NCBI GenBank assembly: GCA_930990645.1
Contig: CAKNQJ010000001.1
Span: 104,153 to 168,152, forward strand
DNA from: an uncultured Clostridium sp.
GTDB lineage: Bacteria > Bacillota > Clostridia > TANB77 > CAG-508
Direction of reading: 5' to 3'
Length of the DNA stretch: 64,000 nucleotides
Of the stretch, positions 18,730-28,016 are shown piece after piece. Under the pieces are notes generated by a model. It made no database searches. It saw nothing but the letters and a program-made list of their open reading frames with translations, and had not been told where the DNA came from. The position numbers were made by a program, and so were the translations under genes. How positions within the stretch are numbered: the stretch's first letter is position 1; each line of letters begins with the position of its first letter.

Positions 18730-19995
18730 ATGGAAGTATACAGAAAGAGAACTATTGAGAAAAGTTTAAATAGTTTATTAGGAAAATGCCCTGTAATAAT
18801 AATAACTGGACCTAGGCAAGTTGGAAAAACCACATTATTAAATCATTTAGCAGCAACTGCGAATAAAAAAATAAATTATGTATCGCTAGACAATTTATTA
18901 CTAAGAAGTCAAGCAATTGAAGATCCCGAGTTATTTTTAAGAACTTTTGAGCCGCCTCTTATTATAGATGAGTTTCAATATGCTCCAAACTTGTTATCAT
19001 ATATTAAAATTAAAGTAGATGAGGCAAGAAAAAATGCTATGTTTGGAGACGGCAAAGAAGTTGGCACATTGTATTGCCTAACAGGTTCACAAGTGTTTCA
19101 AACAATGAAAAATGTAAGCGAGTCACTTGCTGGAAGAGTTGGAATATTAGATTTATATGGATTTTCTGAAAGAGAGTTAGAAGAGAAAGAAGAAACTATC
19201 TTTTTACCTAAAATAGAGGAACTAAAGAAGAAAGATAAAACAAAAACAAAATCAACTCACGAATTATTTGAAAAAATATTAAATGGAAGTTATCCAGAAG
19301 TAAATAATGATGGAGGAAGAGATAGAGAACAATTTTATGAGACATATATACGAACATATGTAGAAAGAGATGTTAGACAGCTTATAAATATAAAAGATGA
19401 AAGCAAGTTTGTTAAATTTATTTCTTCAATTGCAGCTAGAACTGCACAAGAGTATAATGCTTCAGATATAGCAAATGATGTAGAAGTTGATTCAAAAACA
19501 ATTGATGAATGGACGTCGATATTAAAGAATACAGGTTTAATTTACATGCTTCAGTCTTATTCGAATAATAATATACAAAAAGCTATTAAAAGACCTAAAA
19601 TTTATTTTATGGATACAGGGTTAGCTTGCTATTTAACTGGATACATGAGCAGTGAAACATTAGAGAAAAGTGCATATAATGGTGCAATATTTGAAACCTA
19701 TATAATAAGTGAAATTATAAAATCATATACAAATAATGGAAAAGACCCAAGGGCAAGATTATATTATTATAGAGATACAAATCAAAAAGAAATAGATTTA
19801 TTAATATTTTATGATAATACAGTATATCCGGTAGAGATAAAGAAAAGTGCTAATCCAGGAAAAGATGCAATAAAGAACTTTGATATTGCAAATAAATTTG
19901 GAATGCAAGTAGGCAATGGAATTGTTTTATGCATGATGGAAAATATATTGGCAATAGATGATAGCAACTATTTTGTTCCAATAGAATACGTGTAA
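18730..19995 (+). CDS. AAA+ ATPase with DUF4143-like C-terminal domain
   Basis: P-loop GPRQVGKTT; typical length and architecture. Confidence 0.75.
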   Translation: MEVYRKRTIEKSLNSLLGKCPVIIITGPRQVGKTTLLNHLAATANKKINYVSLDNLLLRSQAIEDPELFLRTFEPPLIIDEFQYAPNLLSYIKIKVDEARKNAMFGDGKEVGTLYCLTGSQVFQTMKNVSESLAGRVGILDLYGFSERELEEKEETIFLPKIEELKKKDKTKTKSTHELFEKILNGSYPEVNNDGGRDREQFYETYIRTYVERDVRQLINIKDESKFVKFISSIAARTAQEYNASDIANDVEVDSKTIDEWTSILKNTGLIYMLQSYSNNNIQKAIKRPKIYFMDTGLACYLTGYMSSETLEKSAYNGAIFETYIISEIIKSYTNNGKDPRARLYYYRDTNQKEIDLLIFYDNTVYPVEIKKSANPGKDAIKNFDIANKFGMQVGNGIVLCMMENILAIDDSNYFVPIEYV

Positions 19996-20248
19996 AGGAA
20001 AATAAAGAAAATCTATATATTCCATTTTGTTACCTAATATAAAATTAGAGATGAATCCTTGTACTAGAGTGTATAAACTAGTAGAATTATTAACAAAGTT
20101 TATGTAGACAAAATATCCCAATCTTTTTTTTATTCTCCCCTTGTGCTTAAATAATATAGAAACTTGTTGAAAAAAAGCTAAAAGTGCTATATAATCTACA
20201 AAGTGATTTATTAAAAATGTATAACTAATGCAATAATTTGGAATAAGA

Positions 20249-20300
20249 GGAGTGTCCCAAATGTCCAAAAACTTGGACAAAAAGGAGTGTCCCAAACGTC
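20249..20300. repeat. Paired GGAGTGTCCC boxes flanking a GTCCAAAAACTTGGAC inverted repeat
   Basis: Boxes at 20249-20258 and 20284-20293; lies 25 bp upstream of the smc ATG. Confidence 0.85.
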
Positions 20301-20318
20301 CAACAAAAGGAGAACTAT

Positions 20319-23300
20319 ATGTATTTAAAAAGATTAGAGTTACAAGGATTTAAATCCTTTGCAGATAAAACAGTTTTAGAATTTAAGAGTGGTATTACTT
20401 CTGTTATTGGGCCAAATGGTTCTGGAAAGAGCAATATTTCTGATGCCATAAGATGGGTACTTGGTGAGCAAAGTATGAAGTCTTTGAGAGGTGCAAAGTC
20501 AGAGGATATAATTTTTGCTGGTACTCAAGCGAGAAAGTCGCTTGGGTTTGCAGAAGTGTCTATGGTTATTGATAATACTGATGGAAAGCTTCCTATTGAG
20601 TATAGCGAGGTTACTGTTACAAGAAAGTTATATAGAAGCGGTGAAACAGGATATTATATAAATAAAGTACCTTGCAGATTAAAAGATGTGCTAGAGCTTT
20701 TTATGGATACTGGAATTGGAAAAGATGGATATAGCATTATTGGGCAAGGTAAGATTGATGAGATTTTGAGCAATAAATCAGAGGATAGAAGAAAGATATT
20801 TGAAGAGGCTGCAGGTATTGTAAAGTATAGAACTAGAAAGGCTGAGTCTGAGAAAAAGCTTGAACAAACAAAGCTTAATTTACTTAGAATAAATGATATT
20901 TTATCTGAGATTGAGGCAAATATAGAGCCACTTAAAATGCAGTCTGATAAAGCTAGAAAGTATTTGGACTTACGTGAAGAGTTAAAGAATATTGAGGTAG
21001 GGCTATTTTTGCATAATATTAGTGAATACAAAGAAAAGTTAGAAAAAATAGTAGAAGATATTCAAATTGTAGAAGGTCAAAATGAGGCGGAAAATCAGAA
21101 AATGATTAATTTGCAAGATGCTAAAGAAGAATTAAAAGAGCAAATTGATGAGATTACTGCTAAAATTGAAGAAATGCAAAACTTAGGTTTTGAAAGTACA
21201 AATAAGATAGAAAAGATAAATTCTGAGATTGGTATTTCAAAAGAAAGAATACAGAATAATAAAGGAAATAAAGAGAGATTAGAAAAAGAAATTGAAGAAG
21301 TAAAACAAAGAATTTTAGAATTAGAAGATGAGCAAAAACAAAAGTTAGAGAAAAAAGATAATTTATCTCAAAATAGAGAGAAATTCCAAAAGGAATTAGA
21401 TGAAAAGCAAAAAGAGTTAGATGAACTAACTAAGAAATTGTCTGACAAAGAGTTAGAAATAGAAGGAAAAAAGCAGGAGATAGAAAAGCATACTGATAGA
21501 AAATATGAAATTGCATCTGAGATAAGTAGCTTGGATACAAATTTGGAAAATATAGAAAAGAGAGAGAAGACTACTAAAAATGAGATTGATAGTTTGACAT
21601 TAGAAATAGATAGTGCAAGAGATGATAAACAGGAGAAGTCAAAAGCATTTTATGAAATAGAGCATAAGAAAAATGAAATTACTAAAGCTTTGCAAGAGAA
21701 ATCTAGCAAAAAAGAAGAGAGCATGGCAAAAATAAAAGAGTTTGATACGAATCTAAATAATTTAAATTATGATGCAAGAATGAAAGATTCAAGATTAAAA
21801 TTCTTAATTGAGACTGAAAAAGAAAAAGAAGGATATTTAAGAAGTGTTAAAGCATTACTTGTAGATTGCGAGAAAGATGCTAACCTTAATAAAGGAATGA
21901 ATGGAGTTCTAGCAAACTTGATTTCAGTGGATAAAAAATATGAAACTGCCATTGAAATGTGCTTAGGGCAAGCATTGCAAAATATTGTAACTGATACAGA
22001 AGAAGATGCAAAAAAATTAGTAGAGCATCTAAGAAACAACAAATTAGGTAGAGCATCATTTTTACCAGTATCATCAATTAGAGGAAAAAAGTTAGACAGA
22101 ATTATAAGAAACAATGTTGACGGCGTAATAGGAGTTGCATCAGATTTAGTAAAATGCGATAAAAAATATGAGCAAATTGTGCTTAACCTTTTAGGAAGAA
22201 CTTTAATTGTAGAAAATATGGATACTGCTATCCAAATGGCAAAAATGAATTCATATTCTTTCAGAATAGTTACATTAGAGGGAGATATCATAAGTAACAC
22301 AGGAGCAATTACTGGTGGATCTATTCAAACTAAAACAGTAAATATTTTGGGAAGAAGTAGAGAAATAGAGGAATTAGAAAAGTCTATAAAAGAGATAAAT
22401 AGCAAGATAGAAAAGATTACTAAAGAAAAGACGGAGTATACAGAGTCTGTAACTGATGTAATAGAAGAAGTAACAAGACTAGAAAAAGAGTTACAAGACA
22501 TAGAAGTTACATATGCGGCAGAAAACCAGAAAATGCTAAATATAGAGGATGGAATTGCTAAATTAGAAGCGAGACGTGAGAAGTTAAAGAAAGAATTAGA
22601 GGAATTAGCAAAGCAAAAAATTGATAATAGAACAGAAAAAGAAGAAAAACAAGAAGAGACAAATTACTTACAAGAAGAAATAGAAAAATTAAGCAAAATA
22701 GTGGAAGAATTTGCTATTCACAATAAAGATAATCAAAAATATATAGATGACTTGAATTTCGATATCACAAATTTAAAAATATCTGTATCTTCTTTTGACG
22801 AAAGTGGAACATCAATTGACGAAATGGTAGAAAGAATAAAACAAGATATTGATAGTAATAAAATATCTATAGAAAATAAAGAAAAGAACATTACTGAAGT
22901 TTTAGAAGAGAATGCAAATCTAGAGCAAAAAATCACAGATTTAGAAAACGAAATTGCAAAGATTAAATCAGATGTAGAAAATAGCTCTAATATAGTAGAA
23001 AAATTGAAAAAAGATAGAACTGAAAAAAGCGAAAAATTAAAAACTTCAGAAGCAAGCATTACTGAGCAATTCAGTGTGATAGAAGATATAAAAGGGCAAA
23101 TTGTAAAATTAGATGTAAGAAAAACAAAGCTAGAGCAGGACTTAGAACAAGTCGTAAACAACTTGTGGGTAGAATACGAATTAACTCCTAACAATGCAGA
23201 AGATTATCCAAAGCCACAAAATGTTCAAAAAGCAGCAAGAGATGTAAATGTTTTGCGTAACCAAATAAAAGAGCTTGGAAGCATAAATGTTGACGCAATA

Positions 23301-23870
23301 GAGGAATATAAAAAGACTAAAGAAAGATATGATTTCATGTGCGAGCAACGTTTAGACTTAGAAAACACAGCAACAAAGCTAAGAAATTTAATCTCAGATA
23401 TGACACAAACAATGAAAGAACAATTCGTAGAAAAATTTGAATTAATAAACAAGAACTTTAATGAAACATTTGTAGAACTATTTGGTGGAGGAAAAGCAGA
23501 ATTAAGACTAGAAGATGAGGAAAATGTACTAGAGTGTGGCATAGACATCCATGTACAACCAACAGGAAAGAAACTACAAAACATGATGCTTTTGTCAGGA
23601 GGAGAAAAGGCATTTACAGCAATAGCACTTTTATTTGCAATATTAAAAATAAACCCAGCACCATTCTGTGTATTAGACGAAATCGAAGCAGCACTAGATG
23701 ATGTAAATGTATACAGATTTGCAGAATACTTAAAGAAATTTAGCAAAGAAACACAATTCTTAGTAATAACACATAGAAAAGGAACAATGGAAGCAGCAAA
23801 CACAGTATACGGAGTAACCATGGAGGAGAATGGAGTGAGTAAGTTGCTTTCAATGAAATTGGGACAATAA
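20319..23870 (+). CDS. smc: Chromosome segregation protein SMC
   Basis: N-terminal Walker A GPNGSGKSN, long coiled coils, hinge, and C-terminal signature LSGGEKA..DEIEAALD. Confidence 0.95.
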   Translation: MYLKRLELQGFKSFADKTVLEFKSGITSVIGPNGSGKSNISDAIRWVLGEQSMKSLRGAKSEDIIFAGTQARKSLGFAEVSMVIDNTDGKLPIEYSEVTVTRKLYRSGETGYYINKVPCRLKDVLELFMDTGIGKDGYSIIGQGKIDEILSNKSEDRRKIFEEAAGIVKYRTRKAESEKKLEQTKLNLLRINDILSEIEANIEPLKMQSDKARKYLDLREELKNIEVGLFLHNISEYKEKLEKIVEDIQIVEGQNEAENQKMINLQDAKEELKEQIDEITAKIEEMQNLGFESTNKIEKINSEIGISKERIQNNKGNKERLEKEIEEVKQRILELEDEQKQKLEKKDNLSQNREKFQKELDEKQKELDELTKKLSDKELEIEGKKQEIEKHTDRKYEIASEISSLDTNLENIEKREKTTKNEIDSLTLEIDSARDDKQEKSKAFYEIEHKKNEITKALQEKSSKKEESMAKIKEFDTNLNNLNYDARMKDSRLKFLIETEKEKEGYLRSVKALLVDCEKDANLNKGMNGVLANLISVDKKYETAIEMCLGQALQNIVTDTEEDAKKLVEHLRNNKLGRASFLPVSSIRGKKLDRIIRNNVDGVIGVASDLVKCDKKYEQIVLNLLGRTLIVENMDTAIQMAKMNSYSFRIVTLEGDIISNTGAITGGSIQTKTVNILGRSREIEELEKSIKEINSKIEKITKEKTEYTESVTDVIEEVTRLEKELQDIEVTYAAENQKMLNIEDGIAKLEARREKLKKELEELAKQKIDNRTEKEEKQEETNYLQEEIEKLSKIVEEFAIHNKDNQKYIDDLNFDITNLKISVSSFDESGTSIDEMVERIKQDIDSNKISIENKEKNITEVLEENANLEQKITDLENEIAKIKSDVENSSNIVEKLKKDRTEKSEKLKTSEASITEQFSVIEDIKGQIVKLDVRKTKLEQDLEQVVNNLWVEYELTPNNAEDYPKPQNVQKAARDVNVLRNQIKELGSINVDAIEEYKKTKERYDFMCEQRLDLENTATKLRNLISDMTQTMKEQFVEKFELINKNFNETFVELFGGGKAELRLEDEENVLECGIDIHVQPTGKKLQNMMLLSGGEKAFTAIALLFAILKINPAPFCVLDEIEAALDDVNVYRFAEYLKKFSKETQFLVITHRKGTMEAANTVYGVTMEENGVSKLLSMKLGQ

Positions 23871-23878
23871 ATTATGGT

Positions 23879-23923
23879 AACTAATTGTGCAGTTGGGGAC
23901 AGACCCCAATTGCACAATTAGTT
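23879..23923. repeat. 45-bp palindrome AACTAATTGTGCAGTTGGGG-acaga-CCCCAATTGCACAATTAGTT
   Basis: Begins 8 bp after the smc stop. Near-identical copy at 27906-27947 with the loop inverted. Confidence 0.85.
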
Positions 23924-23982
23924 GACAAAAGAATATAAAAGTACTACAATAGTAGCTAAATCACTTTTTTGGAGGCTTTTTT

Positions 23983-24285
23983 ATGTGGCGGAAGATAGAA
24001 TTTAGTGTGGACATTTGTGGTTACAAATCATGCAAGCTAGATGGCAAATGCATAGGAGTTCCAACTTCATTTAAGGCTGGACAATTGAAAATTGTGGATA
24101 ATAAAAAGGGAGAACAGTATGAAACTATAGCAATCTATGGTTTTGTTGATGAAAGTGGGAATTTTATTCCTGCTTGTGTCAAAGGCAAATGTAACAATTG
24201 CAAGAAACGAGGCAAAGGAAACTGCAGATATAATAAAGGTTTGAAACCAGAAGCAGGATACTATATCGAAGTCAAAGAAAGCTAA
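23983..24285 (+). CDS. Hypothetical cysteine- and lysine-rich small protein (100 aa)
   Basis: RBS GGAGG; 10 Cys in 100 aa, including a CxxCxxxxxxxC (C70/C73/C81) cluster. No recognisable family. Confidence 0.5.
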   Translation: MWRKIEFSVDICGYKSCKLDGKCIGVPTSFKAGQLKIVDNKKGEQYETIAIYGFVDESGNFIPACVKGKCNNCKKRGKGNCRYNKGLKPEAGYYIEVKES

Positions 24286-24624
24286 TTCTACTCATTATTT
24301 TGAGTAAGAAAAAACAAGCAAATACCAGAATTATTTTCTGGCATAATACAAATACCGGAAGATTTGCTAAAATATAATGGTATATAAAAACAAAAGACTA
24401 TTCAATATAATAAAAAAACGGACAGAGATTAGAATATAGTAAGAGTGAAAATAAGAAATGAGGATTAAGGTTGAAAAATAATTACAATTTTGACGTTGTC
24501 GAACATCGTTTAAAATTTAATCAACGTACACAGAGTACGCCTCATAAATTTTAAACTCGTTTTCCTAGTCAAAATTTAATTCTTTTCCAACCAGACTTGT
24601 GCCTTAGGAAGGAATTGATTAATT

Positions 24625-27600
24625 ATGCTAATAAAACCACCAGAAATTGAAAGATTAAAAAAAGAAATGAGTAATGCTAGAATTGGCAAAGCTGAAAAAT
24701 TGTGCAGAGATAAAAGTGTAAGCATAGAAAAAATGAATTTAACATATAATCTAAAATATGTTACTTTAGAAGGACATGTTTATGATGGGAGCAAAGTAAT
24801 ACCAACAGAGATTATGATTGATATACGAGAGCAAACTATTCATGCACCATATTGTGCAGTAGACTTTCTTAGTGATGTATGTGAACATGTTCTTGCAATG
24901 GCATTAACTATAAATGATAATGAAAGCATAGAAGAACAAGTTTTTAATGCGATTAATAACATACAAGAAAAAAATCAAAAAGAACAATTTGACAATATGT
25001 TAAGAGCTTTCAATAATTTAAAAGAGGAAGAGAGAAATATTAAAGGAGACCGTGAATTAGGTTCGATCGATATAGTACCAGTTTTATCCAAGAAAAATGG
25101 AGAGTATGAGTTAAGTTTTAAAATTGGAAAGAAAAAGATGTATAAAATAAAAAGTATTATCGAATTTAGTAATACTCTTAAGAAAAAAGAAAGTATTTAC
25201 TTTGGAGAGCAACTTTTTTATATCAATGAAGATGAAGCTTATTCGCAAAATGCAAAAGCATATTTAAATTGGTTAGTAAGATATGGAGAGACAATTAAAT
25301 ATGCAACTGATATGGCAGATAGAAAAGCAAATTATCATTTGAAAATCCCAGATAGCAAAATTATTTTAGATGAGAATAATATAGAAGATTTTATTGGATG
25401 TTTTAAAAATAGTAATCATTATATAGAAATAGGTAAAGACAAAAAGGTATTGGAGATTGAAACAGGAGAGCCTAAGATAAGCTTTTCTATTTTAAAGAAT
25501 GACAATAAGTATAACATGAAGTTAAAAGGAAAAGTGCCAGAAATCATAAGAGGCAATATTAATTCGTATATAATTCAAGAAGATAAAATAGTTGAGTTCA
25601 ATACAAAAAGATATGCTAATTTGTTAAATTTATTAATGATATACAAAAATTCTGGAGTAGAGAAATATACTTTTGATGAGGAAGGTATGAAGATTTTTGT
25701 ATCAAATATAATGATGAAAATTCCAGAAGGGATTGATATATCAGAACTTCCAGAAGAGGACAAGGATAAATATATTCCAAAGAAACTTTCGGTTATAATG
25801 AAGCTTGATATTGATGAGATGGGCTGGATTGAAAATAATATCACATTCTGTTACGGAGATTTTGAGTTCAATCCATTTGCACCAAATAGTATTTCAATAC
25901 CAAGAAATATGGAGCAAGAAAGAGATGTTTTAAATATACTACGTGAAGATGGTTTCTTACAAAACCCAAGATTAAATAATATGGTATTAATAGACGAAGA
26001 AAAAACATATGAATTCTTAAATGACAGAATTGATGAGTATATGGCAAAATATGAGGTGTTGATTTCAGAAGAATTCAAGAAAAAGCAAATTATTCAACCT
26101 AGAATTGGTACAATAGGAGTGAAAATTCAAAATGACTTGCTAAGCATAGATTTGTCTAACATCAACTATGACCCTACAGAGCTAGAAGACATAATGGAAA
26201 AATATAAGCTAAAGAAAAGATACTATAAATTAAAAGATGGTAGCTTCTTAAAGCTTGAACAAAACGAAAACATGGACTTTTTGGACAAACTTGTTGATGG
26301 AATGGATATTGATTTCAAGAAAGTTAAGGACGGAAAAATAAAATTACCTGTAAATAGAAGTTTGTATTTGAACAGATTACTAGAGAAAAATCCTGAGATA
26401 GATGTAGTTGAAGATGGAGAATATAAGAAGTTAATTGATGAAACTACAAATGCAAGAAATGATGAAGAAGTAACAATTCCAGAGAATTTAGAGGGAGTTT
26501 TAAGGGATTACCAAAAAAATGGTTACAAATGGCTAAAAATATTAGATAGATATAAATTTGGAGGAATTCTTGCAGATGATATGGGACTTGGAAAAACACT
26601 TCAAGTAATATCATTATTCCAAACACAAGAAAAAGGAGAAACATCAATTGTTGTGTGTCCAAGTTCACTTTCATTAAACTGGAGAAATGAGATAAATAAA
26701 TTTACTCCAAATACAAAAGTATGTGTAGTTAGAGGAAATGCATCAGAAAGAGAAGAAATAATAAAAAATGCAAAAAAATATGATGTGATTGTAACTTCAT
26801 ATGATTTACTAAAAAGAGATATTGATGTATATGAAGAAGCAAACTTGCAATTTAGATACATTATTGCAGATGAGGCACAATACATTAAAAATAGTAATAC
26901 GCAAAATGCAAAAGCACTTAAATCTTTGCAAGGAAAAGAAAGATTTGCATTAACAGGAACACCAATAGAAAATTCTTTAGCAGAGCTATGGTCAATATTT
27001 GACTACATAATGCCAGGATATCTATTTAGTTATAGTAAGTTCAAAAAGCAATTTGAGACAGAAATAGTAAAATATAATGACGAAAATAAGTTGCAGAAAT
27101 TAAAAACAATGATAGAGCCATTTATATTAAGAAGAACGAAAAGACAAGTATTAACGGAACTTCCAGACAAAACAATAACTGTTCTAAACAATGAAATGGA
27201 AGGAGAGCAACAAAAAATATATCTGTCATATTTAGCAAAAGCTAAAAAAGAAATAATGCAAACAATCAAAGATGAAGGATTTGAAAAGTCACAAATAAAA
27301 ATATTATCAGTACTTACAAGATTAAGACAAATTTGTTGCCATCCAAGCCTATTTATCGAAAATTACAAGGGAGAAAGCAGTAAATTAAATCAATGCGTAG
27401 AAATAATAGAAGATGCAATAGAATCTGGACACAAAATATTGCTATTTTCAGGATATACACAAATGTTTCCATTAATAGAAAAAGAGTTAAATAAGAGATT
27501 TATAGAATATTATAAGCTAACAGGAGAAACAAAAACAGATGAGAGAATAGAAATGGTAGACAAATTCAATAAAGACCCAGATGTGAAAATATTCTTAATC

Positions 27601-27891
27601 TCACTAAAGGCAGGAGGAACAGGACTCAACCTTACAGGAGCGGACATGGTAATACATTATGACCCATGGTGGAACTTATCAGCAGAAAACCAAGCAACAG
27701 ATAGAGCATATCGTATTGGACAGAAGAATAATGTACAAGTGTACAAATTAATAACAAGTAATTCGATAGAAGAAAAGATACAAGAATTACAAGAAAAGAA
27801 AGCAAAATTAATAGATGATGTATTAGATACAAAACAAACATTTATCAGCAAATTGTCAAAAGACGAGATTATGTCGTTGTTTGCAGAATAA
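24625..27891 (+). CDS. SNF2-family helicase with N-terminal SWIM zinc finger (YwqA-like)
   Basis: SWIM-like region CAVDFLSDVCEHVLA; DEAH-box helicase motifs (DDMGLGKT, DEAQYIKN) and a C-terminal helicase domain. Confidence 0.9.
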   Translation: MLIKPPEIERLKKEMSNARIGKAEKLCRDKSVSIEKMNLTYNLKYVTLEGHVYDGSKVIPTEIMIDIREQTIHAPYCAVDFLSDVCEHVLAMALTINDNESIEEQVFNAINNIQEKNQKEQFDNMLRAFNNLKEEERNIKGDRELGSIDIVPVLSKKNGEYELSFKIGKKKMYKIKSIIEFSNTLKKKESIYFGEQLFYINEDEAYSQNAKAYLNWLVRYGETIKYATDMADRKANYHLKIPDSKIILDENNIEDFIGCFKNSNHYIEIGKDKKVLEIETGEPKISFSILKNDNKYNMKLKGKVPEIIRGNINSYIIQEDKIVEFNTKRYANLLNLLMIYKNSGVEKYTFDEEGMKIFVSNIMMKIPEGIDISELPEEDKDKYIPKKLSVIMKLDIDEMGWIENNITFCYGDFEFNPFAPNSISIPRNMEQERDVLNILREDGFLQNPRLNNMVLIDEEKTYEFLNDRIDEYMAKYEVLISEEFKKKQIIQPRIGTIGVKIQNDLLSIDLSNINYDPTELEDIMEKYKLKKRYYKLKDGSFLKLEQNENMDFLDKLVDGMDIDFKKVKDGKIKLPVNRSLYLNRLLEKNPEIDVVEDGEYKKLIDETTNARNDEEVTIPENLEGVLRDYQKNGYKWLKILDRYKFGGILADDMGLGKTLQVISLFQTQEKGETSIVVCPSSLSLNWRNEINKFTPNTKVCVVRGNASEREEIIKNAKKYDVIVTSYDLLKRDIDVYEEANLQFRYIIADEAQYIKNSNTQNAKALKSLQGKERFALTGTPIENSLAELWSIFDYIMPGYLFSYSKFKKQFETEIVKYNDENKLQKLKTMIEPFILRRTKRQVLTELPDKTITVLNNEMEGEQQKIYLSYLAKAKKEIMQTIKDEGFEKSQIKILSVLTRLRQICCHPSLFIENYKGESSKLNQCVEIIEDAIESGHKILLFSGYTQMFPLIEKELNKRFIEYYKLTGETKTDERIEMVDKFNKDPDVKIFLISLKAGGTGLNLTGADMVIHYDPWWNLSAENQATDRAYRIGQKNNVQVYKLITSNSIEEKIQELQEKKAKLIDDVLDTKQTFISKLSKDEIMSLFAE

Positions 27892-27905
27892 GTTAGAAAT
27901 ATATT

Positions 27906-27947
27906 AACTAATTGTGCAGTTGGGGTCTGTCCCCAATTGCACAATTA
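27906..27947. repeat. Second copy of the 45-bp palindrome, loop tctgt (inverted relative to copy 1)
   Basis: AACTAATTGTGCAGTTGGGG-tctgt-CCCCAATTGCACAATTA, read directly; begins 15 bp after the SNF2 stop. Confidence 0.85.
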
Positions 27948-28016
27948 ATAGTCATAAAATTTAATACTGCTGCATATATATTAATATAACCTAAAAACAA
28001 AGGAGAGTTGATATAT

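Noticed and set aside
19927-20295. 122-aa minus-strand ORF overlapping the AAA ATPase 3-prime end and the box cluster
   Set aside because: No RBS and low-complexity hydrophobic translation. It overlaps a confidently called gene, so it is treated as spurious.
20654-23917. Several 60-230-aa minus-strand ORFs inside smc (e.g. 21767-22300 and 23225-23917)
   Set aside because: These are antisense to a highly conserved gene. They are Ser/Phe/Leu-rich artefacts of AT-rich antisense frames.
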